This document shows, in pieces, positions 37,827-48,566 of a stretch of 64,000 bases of DNA. A program made the position numbers and the translations under genes. Each line of letters starts with the position of its first letter. Position 1 is the first letter of the stretch. The notes below the pieces were generated by a model. It did not search any database and had not been told where the DNA came from. It saw only the letters and a list, made by a program, of their open reading frames with translations. The stretch is from the sequence record ON286972.1. One strand, 5' to 3'.

Positions 37827-38641
37827 GAATTTTAAATATGTTGAAATCTCTACATGAAAGTACTAAATTGGTTCAGGATGAAAAGTATCGTCGCAGTACT
37901 ACAAAAGATTTAGCTTGTAGAATGTATATGCGTAGATTTGAGATTTCAAGGATTGGTAAGGGATGGGATGACATTAAACGTGATGATATCGATCCCGATG
38001 CAATCTTTAAAGCATATATGGCACGAAAGGTTTTCATTAATGAAAAAACATTTTATATTGACAGTGATAGAGAACGTGAAGTACAATTCACAAAAGGATT
38101 GTGGAAAATCTGGTGCATTGAGACATTTGGTGAGTTGTTACCTGAACCACCAGTACCAGAGACGTACAAAGAACTAAAGAACATCTTTGATAATGAACAT
38201 ATACATATGAATTTTTCATTATATGAGACTGTCAATGAGGCATTGTTCTATGGTGAACTACACGGTCATAATGAATATTTTAGTTCTATGGTAGAGTTTG
38301 ATTTGTTTTGTCATTTACCTGGGGTACAAAGCTGGACATCTGATCAGTACAGAGCCAGTAAGGTTGACAAACGTAAATTTTCAGCACAGAGATTTGTGCA
38401 AGCCGCGATGGGTATGTATAAACTGGACTATCTGAACTGTCCAGAACCATATAAACATTTTTGGAAAGAAAGAGCACAGAAATGTTTAAACTATGCTATC
38501 ATACGTCTTATGGAAGTTTACATTTTAAAATTTAGGAATGCAACGGTGTATGATATGCCGGAGCCACCTAAAGATGAGAAGTACCCACCAGTTAAGGGTT
38601 TCAACTGGTACAGAGAGAAGAACAACAAAGGGACGTGCTAA
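37823..38641 (+). CDS. Hypothetical protein (SLHES N-terminus)
   Basis: ATGA overlap; followed by a terminator. Confidence 0.6.
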   Translation: MRILNMLKSLHESTKLVQDEKYRRSTTKDLACRMYMRRFEISRIGKGWDDIKRDDIDPDAIFKAYMARKVFINEKTFYIDSDREREVQFTKGLWKIWCIETFGELLPEPPVPETYKELKNIFDNEHIHMNFSLYETVNEALFYGELHGHNEYFSSMVEFDLFCHLPGVQSWTSDQYRASKVDKRKFSAQRFVQAAMGMYKLDYLNCPEPYKHFWKERAQKCLNYAIIRLMEVYILKFRNATVYDMPEPPKDEKYPPVKGFNWYREKNNKGTC

Positions 38642-38657
38642 GGTGCGTCCTTTTTTT
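38630..38657 (+). terminator. Rho-independent terminator
   Basis: GGACGTGC-TAAG-GTGCGTCC followed by T7. Confidence 0.7.
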
Positions 38658-38667
38658 CATTTAGGTG

Positions 38668-38696
38668 TTGACAATACTAATCAAGTTAGATAGAAT
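38668..38696 (+). promoter_or_regulatory. Sigma70 early promoter
   Basis: TTGACA-N17-TAGAAT. Confidence 0.75.
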
Positions 38697-38732
38697 AGCA
38701 TTATTGATTTACTATTAATTAAAAAGAGGCTG

Positions 38733-39854
38733 ATGATGAAAGGAAAATATTTTTTCATTGAGAACAAACAAGAAATTGAAATCCAAGAGTTTGATTACCA
38801 GTTTGTGTTGAATTCATTACTGAAAAAGTATGATCGTCGCGACAATAAAAAGTACTTTTATAATGTAATCGTAAAACGTACTTATGATTCAATGGGAAAT
38901 CCCGAATTTGATGTTCGTAATTTAGAACTATCAAAAATTTACTATTCAAACACACGTTTGAATATGTTAGATCTCATGAAAGATGAAATTCATTTTAAAA
39001 ATATTCAGATTCGTGATTTGCCAGTACCTCCACTTGAGCGTGAATACGAAGCATGGAAAGAAGGTCGTCTTAAACCACGTCCAGAACTTGCAGTGGTTGA
39101 AGTGCCAGCACCAATTGTTCTGACTAAAACACCAATTGATCCAGAAGATGAACGCATTGCGGATATCGAACAATGGATGGAATTTCCTGAAACTATTAAA
39201 AAGGATTCTGTAAAAGTACTGGATTGGTTCGTAAACTTACCAGTATGTGCACAGGAAGTTGGTGTGAAGATTCAAAAAATTTCAGAGCGTCAATTGGACC
39301 TTAATGATGCATTACATAAGCATAGTGATTATGTTAGAACATTAATGAATAACTTAACCACTGCACTTGAATCGTTATTCCCATTGAAACCAACATTTAC
39401 ACAAAAACTGTTTGGTAAAGCTGATATAAAGGTTCAACAGGCCGATTTACCTAAAGTAATGAAAGCATTGAATGATGCAGTGAAATATGATACAAATAAG
39501 TTTAGTGGTTTAACTTCATTGTTTAATGAAATCCGAACTGAAGTTCGTGATATTAAAGATGAATTAGAATACGGAAAAATTGGGTGTGAGTATGCTATTC
39601 GTCGTTTGGATGATGCATTTGAATATGAACTAACTCTTGAACGTATCATGAAAATGAGCATTACCGCCGCAATGACTGAAGCTAGTATCGTTAATGTGAG
39701 TAAACAGTATCAGATTGACATGAATAGAATGGTAGATATCCAAACTATTACTATTCCGTTGATTATCAATCGATTACAGACACAAGTTGGAAAAGCAGTA
39801 GACGCTGATACCGCAGCTATCATTCGCAACTTAGCTTACGGTGATAAAGAGTAA
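38733..39854 (+). CDS. TelA-related coiled-coil protein with N-terminal extension
   Basis: Helical C-terminal region (TQKLFGK...ITIPLII) resembles the adjacent TelA-like gene. Confidence 0.45.
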   Translation: MMKGKYFFIENKQEIEIQEFDYQFVLNSLLKKYDRRDNKKYFYNVIVKRTYDSMGNPEFDVRNLELSKIYYSNTRLNMLDLMKDEIHFKNIQIRDLPVPPLEREYEAWKEGRLKPRPELAVVEVPAPIVLTKTPIDPEDERIADIEQWMEFPETIKKDSVKVLDWFVNLPVCAQEVGVKIQKISERQLDLNDALHKHSDYVRTLMNNLTTALESLFPLKPTFTQKLFGKADIKVQQADLPKVMKALNDAVKYDTNKFSGLTSLFNEIRTEVRDIKDELEYGKIGCEYAIRRLDDAFEYELTLERIMKMSITAAMTEASIVNVSKQYQIDMNRMVDIQTITIPLIINRLQTQVGKAVDADTAAIIRNLAYGDKE

Positions 39855-39863
39855 AAATAGTTG

Positions 39864-39892
39864 TTGACATGAATGTGTGTTGCTCGTATAAT
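39864..39892 (+). promoter_or_regulatory. Sigma70 early promoter
   Basis: Perfect TTGACA-N17-TATAAT. Confidence 0.85.
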
Positions 39893-39940
39893 GTTTATCA
39901 CCGAGCAACACTATCTTAAATTAAATGAGGAATTAACCTA

Positions 39941-41068
39941 ATGTCCGAGAAAGAAATCAACCCAAAAAAAGCAACTACCAAAACTACTAAGCGTACTACA
40001 GCCAAAACCAAAGGTAATACTTTTGATGCGAGTGATATTTTCGACCAACAGGCTAAGACGTTACCTGTACTGAAAGATACAAAAGGTAACACTATGTCTT
40101 TAACTGTTCAGAACATTAACACCATTGGAACAACTGCTGGTGCAGGTGTAGGACGTTTGGCTGATGAAATCATGTCAAAAGTGAACGTCACTGATGACAA
40201 TACTGAATTTGGTAAATCAATTACCACAATTTTATCCCTAACCCGTGCTGTTGATATTGACAGTCTACAAGATGATAAATCAATTGTAGGTTGGGTCAAA
40301 AAACTCTTTGTCAATGCAAAACAGAAAGTTGGTGATCAGTACAAGAATAGTAAAGAGCAGATTGATGAAATCATGAACACACTCCAGGTTGGTATCAATC
40401 GCCAACATAGTGAATGTGAGTGGTTGGATACTGCTTACAATGAGAATAAAGCCTATCTATTTGAATTACGCGATACGCTGGTTGAATTGGAACAAGTTAC
40501 AAAAACTCAAGATGCTAAACTGGAAGAAATGCAAGCGAACCCTGATGTGGATTCTTTCGCAATCCAAGAGCAGAAGATGATTTGTGAAGCATTATCTAAA
40601 CAGGAAGATAAGATTCGTCGTCTTATCATGATGTGTGAGCTTAGTGGTCCACGTCTGATGAGTATGAAGAAAGTGAATCTAAACACGGTATCTAAGTTTG
40701 AAGATCTGAAATCTGTTGTAATTCCTGCATGGAAATCACAACTAGCAGAACAATTGATTTCTGAACGCCAACGCAAAGATAACGAGTTGGGTAATTTGAT
40801 TGATAATGAAACTAACCGTTTACTTGAAGTGAACTCCAAAATGGTAGCAACTAATATGTTAGATGCTGCTAAAGCTAATAACCGTGGTATTGTGGATATT
40901 AAAACATTGCGTAACGTACACAAAACAATGATCGATAGCATCGAAGCAGTACTGATTGAAGAGAAGAAAGGTAAGGAAGAACGTGAACGTGCTAAACATG
41001 AAATTGCACAGTTGTCCTACGAACTTGAAGAAACTCTTCGCGAAATTGCTGACAAAGCTAACAAGTAA
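39941..41068 (+). CDS. telA: TelA/toxic anion resistance family protein
   Basis: IGTTAG...LADEIMSKV, GWVKKLF, YKNSKEQIDEI, VIPAWKSQL, GIVDIKTL. Confidence 0.8.
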   Translation: MSEKEINPKKATTKTTKRTTAKTKGNTFDASDIFDQQAKTLPVLKDTKGNTMSLTVQNINTIGTTAGAGVGRLADEIMSKVNVTDDNTEFGKSITTILSLTRAVDIDSLQDDKSIVGWVKKLFVNAKQKVGDQYKNSKEQIDEIMNTLQVGINRQHSECEWLDTAYNENKAYLFELRDTLVELEQVTKTQDAKLEEMQANPDVDSFAIQEQKMICEALSKQEDKIRRLIMMCELSGPRLMSMKKVNLNTVSKFEDLKSVVIPAWKSQLAEQLISERQRKDNELGNLIDNETNRLLEVNSKMVATNMLDAAKANNRGIVDIKTLRNVHKTMIDSIEAVLIEEKKGKEERERAKHEIAQLSYELEETLREIADKANK

Positions 41069-41071
41069 TAG

Positions 41072-41100
41072 TTGACATATAAATGTGCCCATTGTATAAT
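41072..41100 (+). promoter_or_regulatory. Sigma70 early promoter
   Basis: Perfect TTGACA-N17-TATAAT. Confidence 0.85.
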
Positions 41101-41133
41101 GGGCACATATTTTATTAATTATCTAAGGATAAT

Positions 41134-41835
41134 ATGATGGCAGATAAAGTTACACACTATGCAGTTGATATTGAATCTTTCGGAACTCCAGAACGTAGTG
41201 GTTATGATATTATCATTCCAAATTACGCAATTGTTTTAGTTCCAACTAACCCAATGAAAGATATCTCACGTTATGCATATGTTAAACTACCATTCCAAAA
41301 ACAAATTGATGCTGGTCTTAAAGTTGATGCAGGTTCAATGAACTTTTGGATGAATATGTGTCAAAATGATCATAAAGGTGCATATGAAGAAGTAGTTAGT
41401 ACACTCACGTTGTCAGAACCTGAGATTATTTCCGGTAGTCAAAACAATTTGTATAAAACAAAAAATGTACTTGATTTGTGGAATGCACTTCGTTATGATC
41501 TTAATGGAAATGAGAACAATATTGAAATTTGGGGTAATGGCTGTCACTTCGATTGTAGTATTCTTCAAGCAAACCATCGTAAAATGTTTGGTGTGGGCGA
41601 ATTGTGGAAATACAATGCACCACAGAATGCCCGAAGTGTTAAGAATCGCCTAACTGAAGATGAAAAATTTGACATGGATTCCATTGTTGATGTACAATTG
41701 AAAAAGTTTGTGGAGATGGTTGCTGATCATGGTCTTTATGGTCTAGAACTTCACCACCCATTATTCGATGCAGCACGTGAAGCTATCCAGGTTTCATATT
41801 GCTTAAATGCAATCAACGAACGCGGAAACTATTAA
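41134..41835 (+). CDS. DEDDh 3'-5' exonuclease (DexA-like)
   Basis: VDIESFG, WGNGCHFDCSIL, HHPLFDAA. Confidence 0.8.
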   Translation: MMADKVTHYAVDIESFGTPERSGYDIIIPNYAIVLVPTNPMKDISRYAYVKLPFQKQIDAGLKVDAGSMNFWMNMCQNDHKGAYEEVVSTLTLSEPEIISGSQNNLYKTKNVLDLWNALRYDLNGNENNIEIWGNGCHFDCSILQANHRKMFGVGELWKYNAPQNARSVKNRLTEDEKFDMDSIVDVQLKKFVEMVADHGLYGLELHHPLFDAAREAIQVSYCLNAINERGNY

Positions 41836-41845
41836 AGGTAACACA

Positions 41846-42943
41846 ATGAACTTAGCAATTCTTCTAATACCAAGTTTGATAGTTGTTCTAATCATGAAGT
41901 TCAAATACCATACTGCCATAACAACAAAGGAATTGCTAATTCATACTGGAATTTGCTTTCTTGCAGCGGTGTTGGTATTGGGAACATCATACTTGATAAA
42001 CTACAGCCAACTTCGTGATGTTGAAATTCTAAATGGTCAGGTTACAGAGAAATACAGCCAACGTGAGAACTGCACATCACAATCAAGTTCTTGTAAACAC
42101 TATACTTGGCATGAGCGTTGCTGGACTACCTATGATTCTAAAGGTCGCTCACAACGTGAATGTGAATCTTATAAGGTATTCGACTATCCGTATGAGATTG
42201 ATTGGTACGTTAAAAGCACTGTTGGTAAGTTTGAGATTGAAAGGGTCAATAGACAAGGAACACAAACTCCACCACGCTGGCAAGAAGTGAAAATTGGTGA
42301 TTATGCAGCAGCAGAAAACACATACATAAATTATCTATTTGCAGATAAACACTCATTATTCAGTACTGAAGATTTGATTTCTATGTATGATAAAGAATAT
42401 CTGGAATCTTTACCTGAATATCCAAGTATTAGTGATTATTATAAAACACACCACGTTATTAATAAAACTGATTACGATGTGAGTGGGTATGATGAATATT
42501 TACGTGAAGTGTTAAAAACATTAGGTGCACAAAAGCAAGTAAACATTCAAGTACTAGTATATGATTATCATGACGTGAATTTTGTTGATGCAGTAACCTC
42601 AATCTGGCGTGGTGGCAAGAAGAACGATGTTATTATGTTCTTTGGTATCAGTAATGATGGTGTCGTTAAATCATTCAATAGTACGTCATTCGCTAAAGGT
42701 ATGAATAATGAAGAATTGCATTCTAAAATGCGAATGGATGCGTTAAATGAAGTATTAACACTTGACTTACTTAAAGTTCAGGTTCATAATATACAGACTA
42801 AGTTTGAACGTCTGTCTAATAAAGAGTTTGAATACATGGCAGTTAAAATGGAACCACGAAAAGATGTTATGATTGCTGCATCGTTGATTCTCATTGTACT
42901 GTCGATTGTTGTTGGTCTTTATATGAAGGAAAATAATATATGA
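41846..42943 (+). CDS. Membrane protein with large periplasmic region
   Basis: Two N-terminal TMDs, a Cys-containing loop, WRGGKKNDV, C-terminal TMD. Confidence 0.65.
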   Translation: MNLAILLIPSLIVVLIMKFKYHTAITTKELLIHTGICFLAAVLVLGTSYLINYSQLRDVEILNGQVTEKYSQRENCTSQSSSCKHYTWHERCWTTYDSKGRSQRECESYKVFDYPYEIDWYVKSTVGKFEIERVNRQGTQTPPRWQEVKIGDYAAAENTYINYLFADKHSLFSTEDLISMYDKEYLESLPEYPSISDYYKTHHVINKTDYDVSGYDEYLREVLKTLGAQKQVNIQVLVYDYHDVNFVDAVTSIWRGGKKNDVIMFFGISNDGVVKSFNSTSFAKGMNNEELHSKMRMDALNEVLTLDLLKVQVHNIQTKFERLSNKEFEYMAVKMEPRKDVMIAASLILIVLSIVVGLYMKENNI

Positions 42944-43494
42944 ATAAGCCTTTGATTTTGTTGGTTGGTGTGTTGGTGATTTTTGTTATTGGTGTGTTTG
43001 CAACTGTAAGTATGTATAGTTCAGCACATGATAGTGCAGTGAATTTTGAAGGCAACATTAAAAAGTACTACGATGCGTCAGAGAGCCAACTAAGTAATTA
43101 CACTCTTACCATTCAAGATAAGGTACAAGTTGCTGATAAGTACAAAGATGCTTTGAAGGAAACAATCGAAGCATACTTTAAAGGGCGTGAAGGTGTTGAC
43201 CAGAAATTTGTAATGTCACAGATTCAACAACAGGTTCCAAATCTTGATCCTAAGATTTATCAGGAACTAATGGTGACAATTGAAACAGGTCGTGCGAAGT
43301 TCGACAATCTTCAGAAAATGAAAATTGAACAATGTACTGATTATGAGAAATTCCGTAAAGGATTCTGGAACTCAAAAATCATCGATTCTAATACATTCCC
43401 AAGTAAAGATATTGAACATTTGTGTACTGTCGTTTCTGATACTCGCACTAAGAAAGCAATGGAAACTGGTATTCAGGAAGTAATTAAATTGTAA
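42940..43494 (+). CDS. Membrane-anchored helical (LemA-like) protein
   Basis: N-terminal TMD then coiled helices; ATGA-type overlap with the previous gene. Confidence 0.55.
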   Translation: MNKPLILLVGVLVIFVIGVFATVSMYSSAHDSAVNFEGNIKKYYDASESQLSNYTLTIQDKVQVADKYKDALKETIEAYFKGREGVDQKFVMSQIQQQVPNLDPKIYQELMVTIETGRAKFDNLQKMKIEQCTDYEKFRKGFWNSKIIDSNTFPSKDIEHLCTVVSDTRTKKAMETGIQEVIKL

Positions 43495-43499
43495 GTATT

Positions 43500-43528
43500 T
43501 GGGGAGTACATTATTGTACTCCCTTTTT
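43500..43528 (+). terminator. Rho-independent terminator
   Basis: GGGAGTACA-TTAT-TGTACTCCC followed by a T run. Confidence 0.8.
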
Positions 43529-43543
43529 AATAGGATATAAACT

Positions 43544-44997
43544 ATGTTTTATAATGAAACTCTTAAGTTGTTCGAGCGTATAGCAGAAATCAAAAAGCGT
43601 GCATATGATAATATAATTCTTCCTTATAGTTTTGAATCAGATACTATAATTTTTAAAATGAAGCATCATGCTCGTCATTATGAATTTATTTTAGGGATAA
43701 AAGAACCTAAAATTGAATCCAATGTTCCAAATATATCATCATCTATCGCAGTTCCAAGCGGTGTAAATATTGCCCACGGTCATCCAATGACAATTGCGGC
43801 AACTTCATCCAATACGATTATTGAGCGTTATATTAAAGTTTGTACGACAACATCTATGCAAAATATCATATCAGTTGAGTGGAGTGAATTACCAAGTAAC
43901 TTCATTTACTTCACCAATAGTAATGGTACAACGCCTGAGAAAGAATCTATGGCTAATAAGATTATGTCAGCTATGATTCTACATGAAAAAACGCTTATCA
44001 ATGGTGAAATATATTCATTAGAAGACAATCCAGATGCATTTATTAAAGACATTGAGGGTTCCAATAAATTTAGTATTTTAGAAGTATTAAATCTTGAAAA
44101 GGATTATAAACATGCAATACGATAATAAAGATCTACCATATCTCCCCGATCTGGAAAGAGGTGTTAATGAGTTCGTTCAGGTAATATCAGAGTGGGATGT
44201 ATCAGTATTTTCATATAATCGTAAGAAGGATTTCGAATATAAAGGCGTTCATTTTTTTATCACGGATAATTTAATAACCCTGCAATCTAAAATAGAAATG
44301 TTTGGATCTTTAGACCCCATATATCGTCAGCCATATTCTGATCCATACAAAGAAAATATTGCAAGAATGTTTGAAAATAGAACAAGACAATATACCCGAA
44401 ATTATTTTGGTACTTTCGATTTCACTAAAAAAGGTACATTGGTTGGATATACCATATCAACAGAATCTTTCACATCTATACATAGTGTGATTCTTGGTGA
44501 GAAAAAAATGTTAGTTAATAATGAAGATTGGTTAGACCGTGAAAATTTTCATGAATATGCATTTCAGCATTCTGTAGCAAATCCAAAAGAACCATTTGAT
44601 GTGTTCTTTATTTCTAATGTATTAAGAATGTTAGGAGAATAATATGTTGATTTACTTATGTGTGCTTTTGGTTTCATTGGTTGTAGCAGTATTAGTACTG
44701 AAAACTATTTCAACTATTCGTTCTAAAATTGATAAACATCAAGAAAATTCTGTTATCGATTTAGTTATGGATTTTCCTAAAATCAGTGCAGCCGTTGTTT
44801 TTGTTGTTATGTTATTTGGAACATACTGCGTAAAAGGCTACCTCTATGGTATGTATGATTGTAGCGTTCGTTCATATTCACAAGGTGTTGAAACTGACTA
44901 TAGCTGGTACTATGGTAAGTGTCGTTTTAAAAATGAGCATGGTATTTGGGTAGATTTTGATAAACTACGCGGAACACCATCAGGTGATGAAGAATAA
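43544..44997 (+). CDS. Three coupled hypothetical genes (43544-44125, about 44112-44642, 44644-44997 membrane protein)
   Basis: Overlapping ORFs with RBSs. Confidence 0.55.
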
Positions 44998-45491
44998 TGT
45001 TTGAATTTCCTGATGAACAACAAAAAAACTACATTGACTGTACTGAAGATGGATACACGCATATCAATATCTACAGTAAAGGGAAAACTAAGCTAGGGAG
45101 AGATTTATCTAATTTTTCTCCCCATAGCTTTACACTAGAACCATATGGATGGTTTCCTTCGGTTGAGTCTTTTTATTTCTGGTTCCTCACTGGACAACAG
45201 CATGAAGAACTTAGAAAGGTATCAGGAGCCGCAGCGAAAGCCGCTGCAAACAAATATATGCATGACCGTATAGAGATGACACCTGAGCGATTAAATGTAA
45301 TCCAGGATGCGATATGTGCTAAAATAATGCAGAATCCTGAACTTGCTGAACGATTGCGTAAAAGTACTCTGAAGTTTGAGCATTATTATTTGTATAGTGG
45401 TAAGATCATTGATGTTAGTGATGAACACCGCTGGTTTGTTCAGACCTTTGAGGATATCAGAACTGTACTGAAGGAGATGAATAATGGATAA
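44997..45491 (+). CDS. NADAR/YbiA-like protein
   Basis: LSNFSPHSF...FPSVESFYFW...AAAK...AKIMQNPELAERL. Confidence 0.6.
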   Translation: MFEFPDEQQKNYIDCTEDGYTHINIYSKGKTKLGRDLSNFSPHSFTLEPYGWFPSVESFYFWFLTGQQHEELRKVSGAAAKAAANKYMHDRIEMTPERLNVIQDAICAKIMQNPELAERLRKSTLKFEHYYLYSGKIIDVSDEHRWFVQTFEDIRTVLKEMNNG

Positions 45492-46033
45492 AGTGAAAAT
45501 TTGTTGTCTTGAATGTGAGATGTTTGTCACTCCGTCTGATACAATGTTGACAATAGAGGAACAAGTCTTTCCATTAAGAGGTGGCTATATAAAATTACCA
45601 ACACCATTTTATAGTACATCTTGTTCAATATGTGGTAATGAACTTGTTCTTCATGAGTTGAATCACGTTAATATTATGGTTGTAAATGCAATTAGTTCGT
45701 ATGCAAAAGAATTGGTTAGAAATGACAGTTCATTTGCACATTTATGGGGTTTCAACTGATATGAATCATTCAAGAACTTGTTGGATATGTTACAATAAGG
45801 ATGTAGATCATACTCTTGAACTTGAATATATGGAGATGAACTATGCAACAGACGTAAGATCATTTTCTGCTGGTCGTGTTATAATAAAAACACCACAATA
45901 TCAGTGTTTGTGTTCAGTGTGTGGTGGGAATGGTGTATATCGCAATGAGGTTCAAATGGTAAATGATGCTATTGAGCTTTATTTTGGACAATATGTTTTG
46001 GATTTATATAAAAATGAACAAACTAACATTTGA
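45484..46033 (+). CDS. Two tandem Zn-ribbon paralogues (45484-45759 and 45761-46033)
   Basis: Both have N-terminal CxxC and a C-terminal CS(I/V)CG, plus I(K/I)(L/K)(P/T)(T/P) and VN(A/D)AI patterns. Confidence 0.6.
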
Positions 46034-46244
46034 TGCAACCCCAATAAATGAACTTTTAGTGCCAAGTGAAGGAAGCACTGTTAAAATGAACATGTACTGG
46101 ATTGTCAAAGATGGAAACGTATTCAGACATAAAATAACAAAAGTATGGCAATGTAACAAAAATGAAAGTATTGTTAAGATGATAGCTGATACTGTAGATG
46201 GTGCTGAAGTTGTTTTTATGCCGTATGCATATATTAAGGAATAA
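46014..46244 (+). CDS. Hypothetical protein
   Basis: ATG 46014 overlapping the previous gene. Confidence 0.55.
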   Translation: MNKLTFDATPINELLVPSEGSTVKMNMYWIVKDGNVFRHKITKVWQCNKNESIVKMIADTVDGAEVVFMPYAYIKE

Positions 46245-46258
46245 ACATGAAAAAAGAG

Positions 46259-46287
46259 TTGACAATATTCGTCATTCCAACTATAAT
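46259..46287 (+). promoter_or_regulatory. Sigma70 early promoter
   Basis: Perfect TTGACA-N17-TATAAT followed by a leader of about 120 nt. Confidence 0.85.
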
Positions 46288-46409
46288 GTTGATATTGGCT
46301 CTGGTGTTCCCACAATCACATGTGGTTATGCTTAACATCATAGAACTAATTTTATTGGTAATACACTGTATTGTCTGTTACTATTACATTAACAGTAATG
46401 AGGATCGTG

Positions 46410-47355
46410 ATGAAGTATTATAAAATTCGTATCATTACCAGTTCAGGGGCATCAGCGTGGATTTTTTATGATCTTCCAGATTCATATACCATCGATGATG
46501 TAAAAGATTTATACTACGAAGATAACAATTGGGTTTTTGATTTAGAATCCAAAAGTGTAGAGATTGATGAGATTACTGATCAAGAATACAAGATTGGCAC
46601 ACAAGCTATGAAGTACTTTGAACGTAATCTTAAAATGTTACAGGAAAATGTGTTCCCTGTAAAAGAATGGGCAATTCTCCTTGCTAATTCTAATAAACCT
46701 GTTAGAATTGGTTATCCAAACTTTCATATGGTATATCGTATGAATGAAAATCGTGAATTGAGTTATCAATTTGATTACGATGCTGCTAAGTTTGGTGTTC
46801 TGAAATCGTTTGAAAAGGCATATCCAGTATGAGTAAAGATAGCAAAGAGTTTATGTTGCGTTGTACTTGTGGTGATAAAAATGAACATTGTGTTCACATT
46901 GCACAATTTGACTTGACAGAAGAACACGGTGATGATAAACTTGGTCAATGTACAGTCAGTATGCGTTTGAATCCTTTTCTTAAATGGTACAAGCGTGTAT
47001 GGGTTGCAGTGAAGTATGTTTTTGGTCGCAATGACTTTCATTACGTAGAAGCTGAAATTGATGTTGACATTCTTAAAGAAGTTGTGTTACAATTAGATGA
47101 TACACGAACTGATGAGGAAAAGAAAGACGCACGAAATAAACGTAGTGATGTGAAGGTTTTATGAACGTCGAGTTGATTGAAAAAAAGTACTGTACAAATT
47201 GCAATACAGCGTATACAATACAAGGTATGTTAGTTTGTACAACATGTCAGGCAACAGAAACAGCAACATTTTTGGTTGATGACCGATTCAGTGATTTGAA
47301 ACAATTCAAAGCTAATCGCAATCTCCGTAACTTTAGTGATATGAATAAGGAATGA
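46410..47355 (+). CDS. Three coupled hypothetical genes (46410-46832, 46829-47164, 47161-47355 with CxxC-CxxC)
   Basis: ATGA overlaps. Confidence 0.55.
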
Positions 47356-47789
47356 ATATGAATCTTGAACAAGTAATCCGTAACAACCCATTCTTCGCAG
47401 AAAACCCTTCTCGTGTAATTGAAGCGATTAAAGTTGAAGAGCTAATGATTACCGTCAAATATAAAGAAGAAGGTGATGAAATTAGTAGCGTAGTATGTGC
47501 TCTTCGTGCACCTTTCCGTAAAGAAGCAGCTAAGAAACCAGCATATGTACTATCTATCTGCTTGGGTTGTGTAGTTAAACTGGTTGTTGATGAAAATAGT
47601 TTCAACATCAAGGTTGCACCAACTAATGATGATGAGAATGTTGATCTCAACTTTGATGGTGGGTTGCCAGAAGAAGAATTCTTCCAACAGTCACTTGTTG
47701 TAGATTTCCGTTCAGTAACTTATGACCATATCAAACTAATCAATGAAATGGTTGATATCGTCGCTAAGTTCGAAGAAGAAACCGCATAA
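47352..47789 (+). CDS. EExFFQxSL-family protein
   Basis: EEEFFQQSLVVD motif near the C-terminus. Confidence 0.6.
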   Translation: MNMNLEQVIRNNPFFAENPSRVIEAIKVEELMITVKYKEEGDEISSVVCALRAPFRKEAAKKPAYVLSICLGCVVKLVVDENSFNIKVAPTNDDENVDLNFDGGLPEEEFFQQSLVVDFRSVTYDHIKLINEMVDIVAKFEEETA

Positions 47790-47866
47790 TATAAAAAGAA
47801 ATAAGGCTCTCAATCGGGAGCCTTATATTCATTTGTTAAATAAGACAAAGTAAAGGAGTACTTAAT

Positions 47867-48418
47867 ATGATCGAACAAATTCAAAAATTCACGAACCAAA
47901 TTGTAAATTTCCTAGCAGATAAAGAAGGATTCAGCACTGAAGTTACACATCACGGTGTTAACCTTAACGTTACTGCACCAAGCGGTGATGTAACGTCATA
48001 TGACATGTATGAGTTGTTGCTTTATACAATGGCAGTACGCAAAATAGGTTCTGATATAGAGCTAAACATCAATACTGATGACAAAGGGAACAATATTTTT
48101 GCTATTAATACTGATGCTAAACTTGATGTAATTGCAGAAATTCAAAAAATTAACGAGTCATTTATTAATTTCCAACATGATACGATACAATCCGTTTTTA
48201 TTGGTCATCAAACATCTGAAAGTGTTTGCCCTTTTTGTGTAATGACTCTCTATAAGAATGGTAATTGGATGCGTCATGATTTGGCTAAAGCTGAAGTTCT
48301 TTATGCCATTACACATGGTATGAAACTTGAACTAGATGACAGTGCTTTTGTCTTTAAGAAACTAAGAAAATTAACACTAGATGTTCAGACGAAATTAAAA
48401 GAGCTTAATGATAAATAA
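47867..48418 (+). CDS. Hypothetical protein
   Basis: RBS AAGGAG; flanked by terminators at about 47802 and 48529. Confidence 0.6.
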   Translation: MIEQIQKFTNQIVNFLADKEGFSTEVTHHGVNLNVTAPSGDVTSYDMYELLLYTMAVRKIGSDIELNINTDDKGNNIFAINTDAKLDVIAEIQKINESFINFQHDTIQSVFIGHQTSESVCPFCVMTLYKNGNWMRHDLAKAEVLYAITHGMKLELDDSAFVFKKLRKLTLDVQTKLKELNDK

Positions 48419-48566
48419 TTATGCCAGTAATGGCTAACATATTATTATGTTATTTTTCCTCCCTTCTATAATAAAATTAATTTATTATATTTTCCATTTC
48501 TTATTGTACATTTTATATCTTTTCGTACTGCCCCTCCCAGGGGCATTTTTTATATTAGGATAAAGT

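Noticed and set aside
45484-46033. Overlap of 45484-45759 and 45686-46033 as a fourth frameshift
   Set aside because: These are two complete paralogues with a separate ATG at 45761 and no CGGA at the junction.
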